A stretch of 61,886 nucleotides of DNA, the filler included, from Vannella sp. (taxonomy: Eukaryota), in NCBI GenBank assembly GCA_023345925.1. It is 5 parts of 5 records of this genome, joined end to end, with 100 filler letters (N's around TTAATTAATTAA, not from the genome) between each part and the next. Parts side by side here need not be neighbours in the genome. Positions count along the whole stretch, not along the records: positions 1 to 15,109 come from JAJQQN010000182.1; positions 15,210 to 31,544 come from JAJQQN010001157.1; 3 more parts are not named here. One strand, written 5' to 3'. Made by a program: the position numbers and the translations under genes. Below the pieces are notes generated by a model. The model was not told where the DNA came from, searched no databases, and saw only the letters and a list, made by a program, of their open reading frames with translations. Positions 11,404 through 22,095 of this stretch are shown piece after piece (position 1 is the stretch's first letter; every line of letters starts with the position of its first letter).

Positions 11404-13997
11404 TCAGAGCCCATTTCCTTCCAGAAGGCGGAGAGCGCGAGCTTCCATGTCCTCAATGTCAGATGGATCAAAAGGCTGAGTCTTTTGCTTCTTCTTGGAC
11501 CTGACTGGGCCCTCCATCTCCTCGGAGCTTTGGTCTGAATCATCCATCGCGGTTGAGCGTCTTCGTTTAGCACCCAAACCGGTCTGTTGATCGTCGCTTT
11601 CCGAGTCATAGTCACTCCTATCACTCTGGTCATCCTGTGAACTACGCTCCCCAAGCTCGCTGTCCTCATCCTCACTCGAACCGAAATCGTCTTCCGGACC
11701 TGAGCCAGAGCCAATCATGGCGATGGGGAAGCCGGATTCCTTCATGGCGGCAAGCTTTTCCTTCTCCTTCTTCAGTTTTTTCTTCTCTCGGCGCATCTCT
11801 TTGGCTGCCAGGTAATCCTGGCGGTCCGATTGCTTCAAGTCATCCTTGATGGAAGTGATATACTCTTCTTTGGTCAGGTTTTCCCCTTCTGGAAGGTCCT
11901 TGATGGCGCCTTCTACTTGGGAAAGTGCGTTGCCATCGTCATCAAAGCGGACGAGCGTATTCAGGCCCGAGACGTTCTCCACCAAAAGTCGTTTCTGCTT
12001 TCGTCGACTCAGTTGGGTGGGCAGGATTGTTTCGTCGTCAATCTCGTGGTCTAGTCTCTTGCTAACGAGCAGGTCGTCCTCTGAATCCTCGTCAGAGTCA
12101 ATTAACTTGGTATAGTGTTCAGAGAGAGTGCCTTGGTTCACACGAGCGCGTAGTTTCTCGGCTTTGGTCAGAACAACCTTTGATTGAACTTCCTGTTCTT
12201 CCTCCGACTCGTAATCCGACACGTCTTCGCTTTCCCCACTTCCTGGTCCTTCTTGCCGGCGGGCTTGGCGATGAAGTTCCATTTCCGCCTTGGCCTTGAC
12301 CACAGCAGCAGGCATATTCTTGTCAGGTCTCACTTGGCTAATAAACCGAATGCGCGGCGTTCCAATCAAACCCATACTCTCCGCATACTCCTTCAACGGC
12401 AACGAAGTGGCATCAAACACATCCTTGTTGCTATTCAGATGCACAGAACGCACGTACGACACAAACGCCTTCTGAGCCAGATATTTGATTTCTGGATTCT
12501 GGGAATTAAGCGCCAGCAGCTGATTGGCTATGTCCATGTTCTTTTTGGGATTCACTTTGATGAGTGTGACGGGCACTCTCTTCTCTTCCAGGTACTCAAG
12601 CATTCGTTTCTCAGAGGGTATGAGCATGAGGAGGGCTTTGCCAGTGCGTCGGTAACGCGCAGTGCGCCCTACGCGATGAATGTAGGTGTCTGTGCTCTCG
12701 GGGCAGTCGGCTTGGATGACCCAGTCGACGTTCTTAAAGTCGAGACCGCGAGAGGCGAGGTCTGTGGCGAAGAGAACGGAGCCCCCCTCGCGGTCACAGA
12801 ACTCTTTGTAGATGCCCAACCGCTTCATCTGTTTGATCTTTCCGTGGAGAGCTGTCACTGGGCATCCAGGGCGAAGCTGGCAGAAGGATTCGTAAAAGAA
12901 GCGAACCTGCTTGCAGCTAGAGAGGAAGACGATGCTCTTCTCGTTCGTATGAGTCCTCAGGAAGGACCAAACCGTGTTCACTTTGTCCTCGAGGTTGCAG
13001 AAGAGCACGCTTTGCTTCAGCTTGTTTGGCGTGGCGTTTTGGTCCTTTCCATATGGTGAGTAATGATAGAGGGAGGCAGACTAAGCCTTACTTGCTCATG
13101 GATCGAGATGTACTCGGGATTGTTGAGGGAAAGGCGCGCCAAGGACTTGACGGACTTGGTTTGGGTGGCAGAGAACAAGAGCGTCTGTCTGGTAGGAGGC
13201 AGGTTGCTGATGATCGCGTTCATGCAGCGTTCGAAGCCGAGATCGAGGATGCGATCTGCTTCATCCAGGACTAGAGGGCAGGTGAGCCAGGAGAGAGCGA
13301 GAAGGGGGAGAAAACAGACCAAGGAGCTTCAGCGAAGTGGGATCAAAGTCGGGGGAGACGTCCATGTGGTGAAGGAGGCGCCCGGGAGTGCAAACGAGGA
13401 TGTTCATTTGCCCAATCCGCTCGCTCTCTGCCTTCTGGTCCTTCCCTCCAATGGCTAGGCCAGCGCTGAAGGAGTGGAATTGCCCAATAGCTCGCAGCAC
13501 ATCGAAGATCTGGAGGGCGAGCTCGCGGGTGGGGGAGATGATTAACGCCCCCAGTCCGTCTGTGTGGCACCAGTGAAGGCGGTAGAGGGCTTCCAAGACA
13601 GGTACAAGAAAGGCTATGGTCTTCCCACTCCCAGTCTTGGCTGCTGCAAGGATATCGCGGCCACAGAGAGCGTGGGGGATCGTGGCGCGTTGAATAGAGG
13701 TCATCTTAGTGAACTTGCCTTGGGTGAGGCCATTAAGCGTGAGCTCACTGATCGGGTGATCACTGAACTCTCTTCGGATACCGCTTTCATCTCCTTCAGC
13801 GCCCTCCTTGTCTTGAAGGAGAGGGTTTGTCTGCTCAAAAGGCGATCAGAACGGGTTCTCAGCTCTTTGAACATCAAACGTACCCCTGGAAGTGGCGCTG
13901 TCTCCTTAATTGCAGCTTCTAACTGCTCCACCTCCTTTGAAGTGGCATTTCGGCGCTTCTTCGCCTGAGCCCGATGCGCCCCCTTGTTGCGTCCCAT
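11404..13997 (-). CDS. DBP4: DEAD-box RNA helicase Dbp4/DDX10 (3 introns)
   Basis: [44 protein letters not shown], and the Dbp4-typical [12 protein letters not shown], followed by an acidic/basic tail. Confidence 0.95.
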
Positions 13998-14155
13998 CAG
14001 GAAATGATTCCTTCTCGTCCCTTCCCTTTCGTCTTGTATGTACCAATCTCTCATCTGTTGGTGTGTTCTTATCTGCAAGCGCTCTCTGGAAGGGTAAATG
14101 GAGGAAGCGATGTCCGAGAAAATCCACGAGCGAAGGGGAAGAGGGTTCCAAAACT

Positions 14156-14212
14156 CGTAGAGTGTCCTGATGACCTCCATCTTTTCAGGATAAGCTTTTG
14201 GCCTGATTTCAT
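14156..14212. repeat. Dispersed repeat, copy 1 (matches 60815-60871)
   Basis: Ungapped alignment by eye is 50/57 identical; the core 14166-14212 is 43/47. Confidence 0.85.
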
Positions 14213-14325
14213 TTTTTCACTTTTGGGAGCTTCAGAGGACCCGAATGAGAGGAAATGCCCTCGCTGATCGTGACTTCTCTCCGGGTTCGTGTTTAGTTGC
14301 TATCAATGCAATACAAGGAGGAAAA

Positions 14326-14364
14326 CCCAATAGGAAGGCTTTTTCCCCAATAGGAAGGCTTTTT
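14326..14364. repeat. Tandem duplication with 20-bp period (cccaataggaaggcttttt x2)
   Basis: Directly visible in the sequence. Confidence 0.9.
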
Positions 14365-14470
14365 GTGTATTCTTTGATACTCTCAGCTGGAACACTTAGA
14401 TAATGAAAAAACAATTCTTCTTTTTTCTAAAAACCCCGTCAAACCCGGTTACATATACTACTGAGATGGT

Positions 14471-14767
14471 CAGCCATACTCGACTACTTCAAGAAAGATC
14501 TCCCAGGAAGTGAGCAGAAATAATCTACTGAGGGTGGTGCGCAAAACCCGGATGTAAAGGCGGGAACAGCAACCAACCGTCCTCAGTAAGGGGATTCTTG
14601 ATCATTTACTGTCTATGATGGGATCGAGGTCAATTGCAAGATATGGGAATGAGAGTGAGCTCAGAACTCGACCTCCGGCAAGTGAGTACTCCGACCTGAT
14701 GTTTCAACTCGAGTAGTAGCGGATGAGTTTGGCCTTTCTAGGTGTTCAGTTGTACGAGTCATGGCTG
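14471..14767 (+). ncRNA. Candidate structured RNA of unknown class
   Basis: Closing stem 14471-14482/14755-14767 (12 bp, one bulge), a 13-bp helix 14526-14538/14576-14588 with G-U pairs, and a further 8-bp G-U-containing stem. No long ORF. Confidence 0.35.
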
Positions 14768-14823
14768 CAAGATAAAGTGGAAGATGGATTGTCACCCTGA
14801 AGCTTGGAGTGAGCCCTCTCTTC

Positions 14824-14891
14824 TGTGGAAAAACGGTTTTATTCAACGGATGGATCAATCATCTTCGTTTTTGTGGAAAAACGGGTTTATT
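14824..14891. repeat. Direct repeat tgtggaaaaacgg(t/g)tttatt x2, 48-bp period
   Basis: Copies at 14824-14843 and 14872-14891 with one mismatch. Confidence 0.85.
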
Positions 14892-15109
14892 ACACAGAAT
14901 CGGGGAAACCGCTTCCTCCTTGCGGAGGCCAAATCGGATACTTAGGCCATGCCTGCTTTGTCCGTCCTCCGGCCACGGACAAAGCTCCACCTTGAGATGG
15001 TTGTGGACTTTCAACCTTAGTCCTCGTTCTTTCCCATACATCCCAGGGCAAGTGCTGCCGATTACCAAGTTCAACGTGGTTCCACCTCGGGCTCTTGCGT
15101 CATCCTGGG

Positions 15110-15209
15110 NNNNNNNNNNNNNNNNNNNNNNNNNNNNNNNNNNNNNNNNNNNNTTAATTAATTAANNNNNNNNNNNNNNNNNNNNNNNNNNNNNNNNNNN
15201 NNNNNNNNN
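15110..15209. other. Artificial contig spacer (N44-TTAATTAATTAA-N44)
   Basis: N runs around a linker with stops in all six frames. Confidence 0.99.
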
Positions 15210-15211
15210 CC

Positions 15212-15361
15212 TGCAGGAACTGCAAGGGAGAAGACACGATCTTGAAGAAGGAGAACCGTCTGTACTTTATTCAATGTCAAACTTGTGGTTCCACTCGCAC
15301 TGTCCAAGCCATCCGAGCCGGTTTTGTTGCCCAAGTCACCAAGAGGAAGAAGCGCGTGTAA
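15212..15361 (+). CDS. EIF2S2: Translation initiation factor eIF2-beta, C-terminal end (5' truncated by contig edge)
   Basis: CRNCKGEDTILKKENRLYFIQCQTCGSTRTVQAIRAGFVAQVTKRKKRV* is the eIF2-beta C2-C2 zinc ribbon and tail. Not in the ORF track. Confidence 0.92.
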   Translation, partial: CRNCKGEDTILKKENRLYFIQCQTCGSTRTVQAIRAGFVAQVTKRKKRV

Positions 15362-15444
15362 ACCCCAATTGATTCTGTGGCCAACAATCAAAATATCCGG
15401 AATACACAGCCAGTTTCAAAGGATCACTTTTTTTGCCACGACTA

Positions 15445-16367
15445 ATGGCAACTCTCCTCCCGCGTATCCGATGCTTCTTTGAGAGCCAAACCAACACGGC
15501 TCAGTATGTGGTGAGCTGTCCCAACACGAACAAGGCGGTGATCATTGATCCTGTCCTTGACTTTGACTTTGGGTTGGGTTCGACCTCGACCAACTCTGCC
15601 GATGCTCTCCTCTCTTACATCGCAGAAGAACAGCTCAATGTCCTTTTCCTTCTTGAGACCCACGTCCATGCTGACCACATCACTGCAGCCTTCTATCTTC
15701 AAGGGAAGCTCGAGAAACAAGGAGAGAAGCCCCTCATTGCGATCTCTGAGCACGTGGTAGACGTGCAAAAGGTCTTTGCTGACATCTACGATATGGACAT
15801 TCCATGTGATGGCTCGCAGTTCGGTCAGCTCCTGAAAGATGAAGACAAACTGCAGGTGGGAGATGTTCAGATCTCGGTGATGGAGACTCCAGGCCACACC
15901 CCCGCCTGTGTGTCTTATCTTCTCAATGATGACTCAATCTTCGTCGGAGATACGCTCTTTATGGTATGTATCTCTGGTGAATCGCAGCAGTGCCTCTTCT
16001 AACTCGTTGATAGCCAGACAGTGGCACCGCTCGTTGTGACTTTCCAGGAGGGTCTTCTGATCGCATGTGGGAGTCTTTACAGAAGATTCTCTCTCTTCCT
16101 GATGATGTGAAAGTGTACCACTGCCATGACTACAAAGCTGGAGGCAAACGTGACGAGTTTCTGTGGACTTCAACGATTCGGGAGCAGCGAGAGAACATCC
16201 AATTGGCTCAAAAGGATGAGAGTGCCTACAAAGAGTTCCGACAAGAAAGAGACGCCACACTTGCTCCTCCCCGTCTCATCCACCCCTCCCTCCAGTTCAA
16301 TCTCCAAGCGGGACGTCCCCCTAAGCCCTCCTTTGTCAAGATTCCTGTCTCTGGGACTTGGCACTGA
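15445..16367 (+). CDS. Metallo-beta-lactamase-fold persulfide dioxygenase (ETHE1/Blh-like), 1 intron
   Basis: IIDPVLD, ETHVHADHIT, TPGHTPAC, FVGDTLFM|PDSGTARCDFPGG, CHDY and RDATLAPPRLIHPSLQFN. Confidence 0.9.
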
Positions 16368-16535
16368 GCCTGAACTGCCAGAACTAGATCAACTAGAAAG
16401 AACGTTTGAAGGTGCGTGATCAACCAGCAGGCCATTCAAATAAATGGTCAAGAATTGAGTGGAAGAAAGTTCTATAGAGAACGAAACAAAAGGTTGTCAA
16501 TCCAATATCTAGATTTTTCGCATTTCCCCCAAGGC

Positions 16536-17864
16536 ATGAGCCGATTGCGGTGGGTGGTGATTTGTCTACTCGTGGGTTTCTTCGTTGTCAACAGCGATGG
16601 GATGAAGAAGTATCCAGCACCAGTCCGCTCGTTACCGCCTCTATTCGTCACGAACATTGGTGCCGATGTACCCGAGCCCTCCGGGCTGACATTTTGCAAG
16701 ACAACGGGGCACCTTTACACCATCTCTGACGCCTCTAAAGATCACTACATCTATGAACTCTACACCAATGGGTCGCTGGTACGTCGTTTGGAGATGGGAG
16801 AAGCTGTGAGATCACTCAACCTCCTCCAATCGTAGGTTCAGGCCTGGGAGATCTCAAAGGACCACGTCGATATGGAAGCAGTGGCATGTGACGACGCAAA
16901 CGGTCTGATCTACATCGCAGAGGAAGAGAATATGCGCATCACCTCATACATCCTCCCTACGACCGAGGGGGATATGAAAGGGAATAAGAAGCTGACAATG
17001 GTGAAGAACTTTACCCTCTCCACTCACGGAGGAGACCCTGCGTCAGGTCTTGAGGGCTTAGCCGTCGATTCTCGAAACGGCCTGCTCTACGTCACCTACG
17101 AGAAGAAGCCAAAGATGGTTTACACTGTGGATTTTGATGGAAACGAACTCAATCTTGTGTATCCCGCGTTTGCAGGTGATCTGGCAGGTCTTGACTACGA
17201 TGGGAAGAACGATTACCTCTGGATTGTATCAGATCAGGCAAGCCGGTGAGTCTCGAGCTCCTTACTGTCGCCCTTCCACTGACTCAATAGTTCCAGTGTA
17301 TACGCAAGCAATACCAACTGTTCCTATGTCTTTGACTACTGGGACATTCCTTTAGAAAGAGCTGAAGGCATCGCATTGGATTACTCGTCCGTTCCCCCAC
17401 GCATGTTCATCGTGACGGACCCTAGTTCTCCTTCAGGGCCTCCATATGTTCCCATCTTGGCAATTTTTGAGCTACCCACGGTTGGGACAGGGTTGAAGTA
17501 TCCCAACACCCCATGGAACCCCGAAAAGGTGCCCTGTGAAGGCTGCCAGACTGTATGGGCAGAGATTGTGGAAGAACAAGATGCTTTCTATGATCAAGTG
17601 CACCACCAAGAGTGGATTTACGCTGCAGAACTCGCGATTGTGATTCTCCTCCTCATTGGGCCTCTCCTGTTGGGTGGGGCCGCTACCCTTCTCTATCACC
17701 TCCGCAAGTACAATCCTGACGTTTACCCTGAAAAGTACTATCCCCCAGCCCAGAGAGCAAGGCAACCTGATGTGTGGAAGGAACTCTTCTTCCCCAAGGC
17801 AAGCCGGGGAAGGAAGGTGGCGGGAACAGTGCCGAGAAATAACATGGAAGACGACCAATTCTGA
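16536..17864 (+). CDS. Type I membrane protein with an SdiA-regulated/YjiK-like beta-propeller (2 introns)
   Basis: Signal peptide; blade motifs EPSGLTF, DMEAVAC, GLEGLAVD, DLAGLDYD and AEGIALD; C-terminal transmembrane helix and short cytosolic tail. Confidence 0.7.
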
Positions 17865-17903
17865 ACATCCCATGATATGTAAATGTATTGAATTCATGAT
17901 TAA

Positions 17904-17974
17904 ATGGCCAATTGACCAACAAGCCAACTTTCGTTCATGTTGTAGTCCCGACGAAAATTTTCAGATCCTTTTTT
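17904..17974 (+). promoter_or_regulatory. Putative ribosomal-protein promoter motifs (ATGGCCAA, AAAATTTTC, CAGnTCCTTTTTT)
   Basis: The same three motifs occur in the same order upstream of RPL10 (44860-44924, minus strand). Confidence 0.5.
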
Positions 17975-17994
17975 GTTCGTCTTCGGCTCGTACC

Positions 17995-18423
17995 ATGCCC
18001 CGGAAGCAGACCGCTGTGACTCGCGAGTTCACCATTAACTTGCACAAGCGCCTTCATAAGATGTAACTATAGCTCCTTTCAAATGAGGGTACGGGTTCTC
18101 ACGATTTCACAGCACCGCCTTTAAGAAGCGTGCCCCTCGCGCCGTGCGTGAGATCAAGAAGTTCGCTGAGAAGGAGATGGGAACCAAGGATGTCCGCATA
18201 GACACTACTCTCAACCAGTTCGTTTGGTCCAAGGTGCGACTCATCGCAGCTTTCTAGGGTCTTTCTAACTTCATAACAGGGAATCAAGAGCGTTCCATTC
18301 CGTGTCCGCGTCCGATTGACCCGTAAGCACAATGACGATGAGGATGCCAAGGAGGAGATGTACACTCTTTGCACTCTCGTTCCAGTCTCTACCTTCAAGG
18401 GTCTCGAACACCACCGTCGCTGA
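17995..18423 (+). CDS. RPL31: 60S ribosomal protein L31 (2 introns)
   Basis: Spliced: [93 protein letters not shown]. Confidence 0.97.
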
Positions 18424-18501
18424 GCAGTAAATGTTTGGTGAATATAAAATAGGATCTGCAGACTCCAGAATTGCCAGATCAAGTATGAAAGGAAGGAAAG
18501 T

Positions 18502-18910
18502 TTACTTGCTCTTGAAGACGGCGATGGTCAGTTCGTCACTCTGTTCCAAGACGAAGAGTCGCCTTCTGGGGTGTCAAAAAGATTCTGATCAAAGAGAGAA
18601 AGCTCACAAGTTCTTGTACTCCACAGAGACCATCGCAGTGCGGCTCTCCTCCGCTCCAATTTCTCTAGCCCGTATAGCAAGGGAGCGCACGTAGCCACAG
18701 GACTTTGGAGGAACCTTGCCTTGCGCTAGATCCTTGCGTCAGCAAACTGGAGTTGCCGAAACTCGCTTACCAGCCAAACATAACCCGTTGGCATCTGTAC
18801 AGAGGACCCCAACGACGTCTGGTTGCCCCATACTGTTCCTGTCAGACCCAATCGACTAGATCCAAAGGCCCTCACATGTGCGATATCGTCTGTTCCAGTT
18901 TTGCTTCCAT
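18502..18910 (-). CDS. LAMTOR5: Ragulator complex subunit LAMTOR5 (HBXIP) homolog (3 introns)
   Basis: Spliced: MEAKLEQTISHIMGQPDVVGVLCTDANGLCLAAQGKVPPKSCGYVRSLAIRA...ELTIAVFKSK*. This matches the LAMTOR5 signature VGVLCTDxxGL. Absent from the ORF track. Confidence 0.85.
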
Positions 18911-19103
18911 CACGCACAGGCTGCAAGCGAATGACTTTTGGCCTTCCACGTTTCCTTTTTTGCTTTGAATCCTTTTCAAAGAGGAAGCGCACTCCAGTGA
19001 CCTTGATCTAATCGAAGGATAAGGGAAGGCACTAATCACCTTCTATTCGTTCTCGTGGTTGAGCGCAAATCGCGTTGAAAGGGGAGATAACGAGTTCATT
19101 CTC

Positions 19104-20713
19104 TCATGGCTGCTTGGTGACGACAAGATTGTCCAGATCCCAGCTGGCTCCAGCCATGACAGCTTCAATGTCTGCGATCTCGCGTGGGGTCCGAGTAAAG
19201 TTCTCGTGTCCATTAGAAGTGATAAGAACGTCATCCTCCAAGCGGACTCCGCCAAATCCCAGGAGAGGGACGATCTTCTCTGGCACGAGGAAGGCGCTTA
19301 GGACCTCGTTCTGAAGGGCAGGCTCGAGGACGGCTCGGATGAAGTACACACCAGGCTCAACTGTGAGTACCATACCTTCCTCCAAGATACGAGCAGTACG
19401 GAGGCTCTTCAGACCTGGCTCTGTCGAGCGCGGGGGACAGTTTTCATTGTAGCCACCCACATCGTGAGTGTCGAGTCCCAGGAAGTGGCCAAGTCCATGA
19501 GGCTGGAACAGAGCACCGATACGATGCTCCATCATCTTCTCAAGGTCTCCACGGACATACCCTCGGTCTTTCAAGACAGTTAGGAACCCGCGTTCCGCTT
19601 CCTTGTGCATTTCCACCCAGGAAACACCTGGACGAAGTTGCGAGAGGACCCTCTTGAGAGCAGCAAGGACAGACTCGTACACATCGCGTTGCTCCTCAGT
19701 GAACTTGCCGTTGGCGGGGAACGAGCATGTGATGTCTGCTCCATAGCAGTGGTACTCGCCACCCATATCAAACAGACACTGAGAAGAGTTAGTGGTGAAG
19801 TGAAGAGAGCGATCCTGGACTCACCATGTCGCCGTCCTTGATCTCTTTGTCGTTTGGGGCTCCCGCATGTCCATAGTGGAGTGTGGCGCTATTGATGCCA
19901 GACCCGCATATGCACGTGTAAGAGAGGTGGCGGCAACCTCCATAGTAGTAGCAGTGGTGGCGGAAGATCGACTCCAGCTGGTACTCGCGCATTCCTGGCT
20001 TGACGGACCTCATACATTCGATGTGGGCTTCTGAGGAGACTCGGGCTACATAGCGAAGGACATTGATCTCCTCTTGGGACTTGATCACACGGCACTCAGC
20101 GATCTCCTTGTGAAGGCGGTCGAAGTTCTTGGTGGTCGTGCACTGGCTTGGAAGTTCTGCTGGCTGGCAGATCTTGCCACTGTCAGAGTTGGGACCTTGA
20201 AGGAGAAGGATCTGTTCCGGATGCAGGCTTCTCAAGACCTCATCTATCTCGTCCGTGTAGCGGACTTCATCGACCTCGTAGCGCTCGAGGAAGTGTTGAA
20301 GTGGGCGAATCTCTCCCATCCAGATGGCGTACTCTTGAGGGAGGCGGGGGACGAAGAGAACCGACCTTCCGCTACCGATATGGACAGCACCAAAGCAGTC
20401 TGGCTCCATCACACCGAAGAGATATTGAAAGAAGCTCTCCTGACGGATGAGAGGCTCATGGTCCGTCGCATCTCGAGTTTGCTCCTTCGCCCCCTGCAAG
20501 AAGATCACTCCATCCTATATCTATCATAAGGAGAGCACGCGACAACGAAGGGGAAGCTCCACTTACAGGAAGGTCAGAGAATCTCTGGACCAGGTTCTTC
20601 CGGTTATCTCTGTGCATGGCCATTGGGACTTTGTGCGTTCGATTGCCCATCCAAAAGAAGGACGCCCCATCCTGCACACGAACCTCAGCGCTCACTTGCG
20701 TCTCCGTTGCCAT
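19104..20713 (-). CDS. PEPD: Xaa-Pro dipeptidase (prolidase), 2 introns
   Basis: RQESFFQYLFGV, SYTCICGSG, LHYGHAGAPN, DMGGEYHCYGADIT, HGLGHFLGLDTHDVGG, TVEPG and GGVRLEDD. Confidence 0.96.
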
Positions 20714-20848
20714 CACCAACACGCCCCCAAAGAATGTCCAATTCGAGGGGAAATGCGAGCTGGGGCTGGCCTGCAGGGGAACTGGCAGCTATTCCCTGTT
20801 TGGGGTGAGGGAGCGAGGGGTGAGAAGCCTTCCAGGGCATTCTTTGGG

Positions 20849-21995
20849 ATGCGGGAGGGCCGGGTTGTGGCTTTGGTGGTCCTGGCGGTTCTCTTTGTCG
20901 CGGTTGTGGGCGTTGCGGTGGTTCATTTCACGTATCCAGAGAGTGGGTTGATGCTTTGTGGGTGCTCTGTGGCTGATTGTCGCAGGAAAGGGCCACCTTT
21001 CGTTGGATGACTTTGGGGATGGGGTTTCTCCTCCTGCCCTCTCCTCCACACGGTCGGCCAGTCCTTCAACTCGTGCAGAGAAGAAGTGCCTCCGTATCGT
21101 CACTTACAACATCCGGGAGGGCGCCAATGGACTCCATTCTGAGCTGGTGAAGTACCTTCAAGAGACAAAGGCGGACATTGTGGCACTCCAGGAGCTCAAC
21201 TCATGGTCTCTGGACTCCCTAAACAAAAGTGCCTTGCAGTGGGGACATGAATACGTCACCTTCCTTCCGGCACGCACCGGCTATAACTTGGGGATGACCT
21301 CGCGCCTTCCCTTTGAAGTGATCCGCTTGCGAACGGAAGGCTTCTGGCACGGAATGATCCACGTGAAGATGCTCCCATCACCAGAGACAGTCCCGTTAAC
21401 GCTACTAGCCCGGGAAGAGTTCTCTGACCCTTTCGATGACGCCCATGACGATGACGAAGGCGACTTGGGCGGCATTCAGGAGGCTCCAGATCCATCCCTG
21501 CACATCATCATCACCCACTTGGACCCTCATAGTGCAGAGAACCGCTTTGAAGAGGCCCACCACGTCGATCGGCAGAGCAGAGAGCACGATCGATTGATCT
21601 TAATGGGAGACATGAATGCACTCTCCTCCTTCGACCAATCGCACTATGAAGAAGAGAATCTTCTTGGTCTGCTGAAGAGAGACCCTAAGCTCGCCGACAA
21701 GTTCCTGTTCTTGAAGGAGGGGGCGAACGAGAGCGAGATCGACTACCGCGTGATGGACAAGTTCTACGAGGAGGGCCGCTTGCAGGACTTGGACGCGCAG
21801 TTACGGGATGATTTCGGTCAAACTGTTCCTTCTGCATCCAATGATGATAAGCTCCACGCAGCCCCGATGCGATTGGACTACATTCTGGCCACCAGCGACA
21901 TGGCTGCGTCTTGTCGTGCAGCCAGGATCGACGTGACAGAAGCTACCGAGCGCATTTCAGACCACTATCCAGTGATCGCTGACTTTTGCTTCTAG
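20849..21995 (+). CDS. Exonuclease/endonuclease/phosphatase (EEP) family protein with an N-terminal membrane anchor, 1 intron
   Basis: IVTYNI, DIVALQE, THL, MGDMN, RLDYIL and SDHYPV motifs; hydrophobic first exon. Confidence 0.85.
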
Positions 21996-22095
21996 TCAGA
22001 TGACTAAGAGCCCTTGGAGGGCGCGGAATGTACATAAGAGGACTTGGACACACTCCATCAGGGCTTTATCCTCTCGGGAGGGGATGAGTGGCGAT

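Noticed and set aside
14166..14212. Hammerhead ribozyme or box C/D snoRNA call for the CTGATGA element
   Set aside because: No GAAA core after a stem II; the D box CTGA is GTGA in copy 2; no rRNA antisense match recognised.
14471..15109. SRP, RNase P/MRP, U3, telomerase RNA, HDV ribozyme or group I/II intron identity
   Set aside because: Only partial words match (GAAAGTCC, AGAGTGAG, TCCTCG); partner motifs and a CCCTAA template are missing.
15110..15209. Repeated TTAATTAATTAA palindrome flanked by Ns (4 copies)
   Set aside because: Artificial concatenation linker, not biological.
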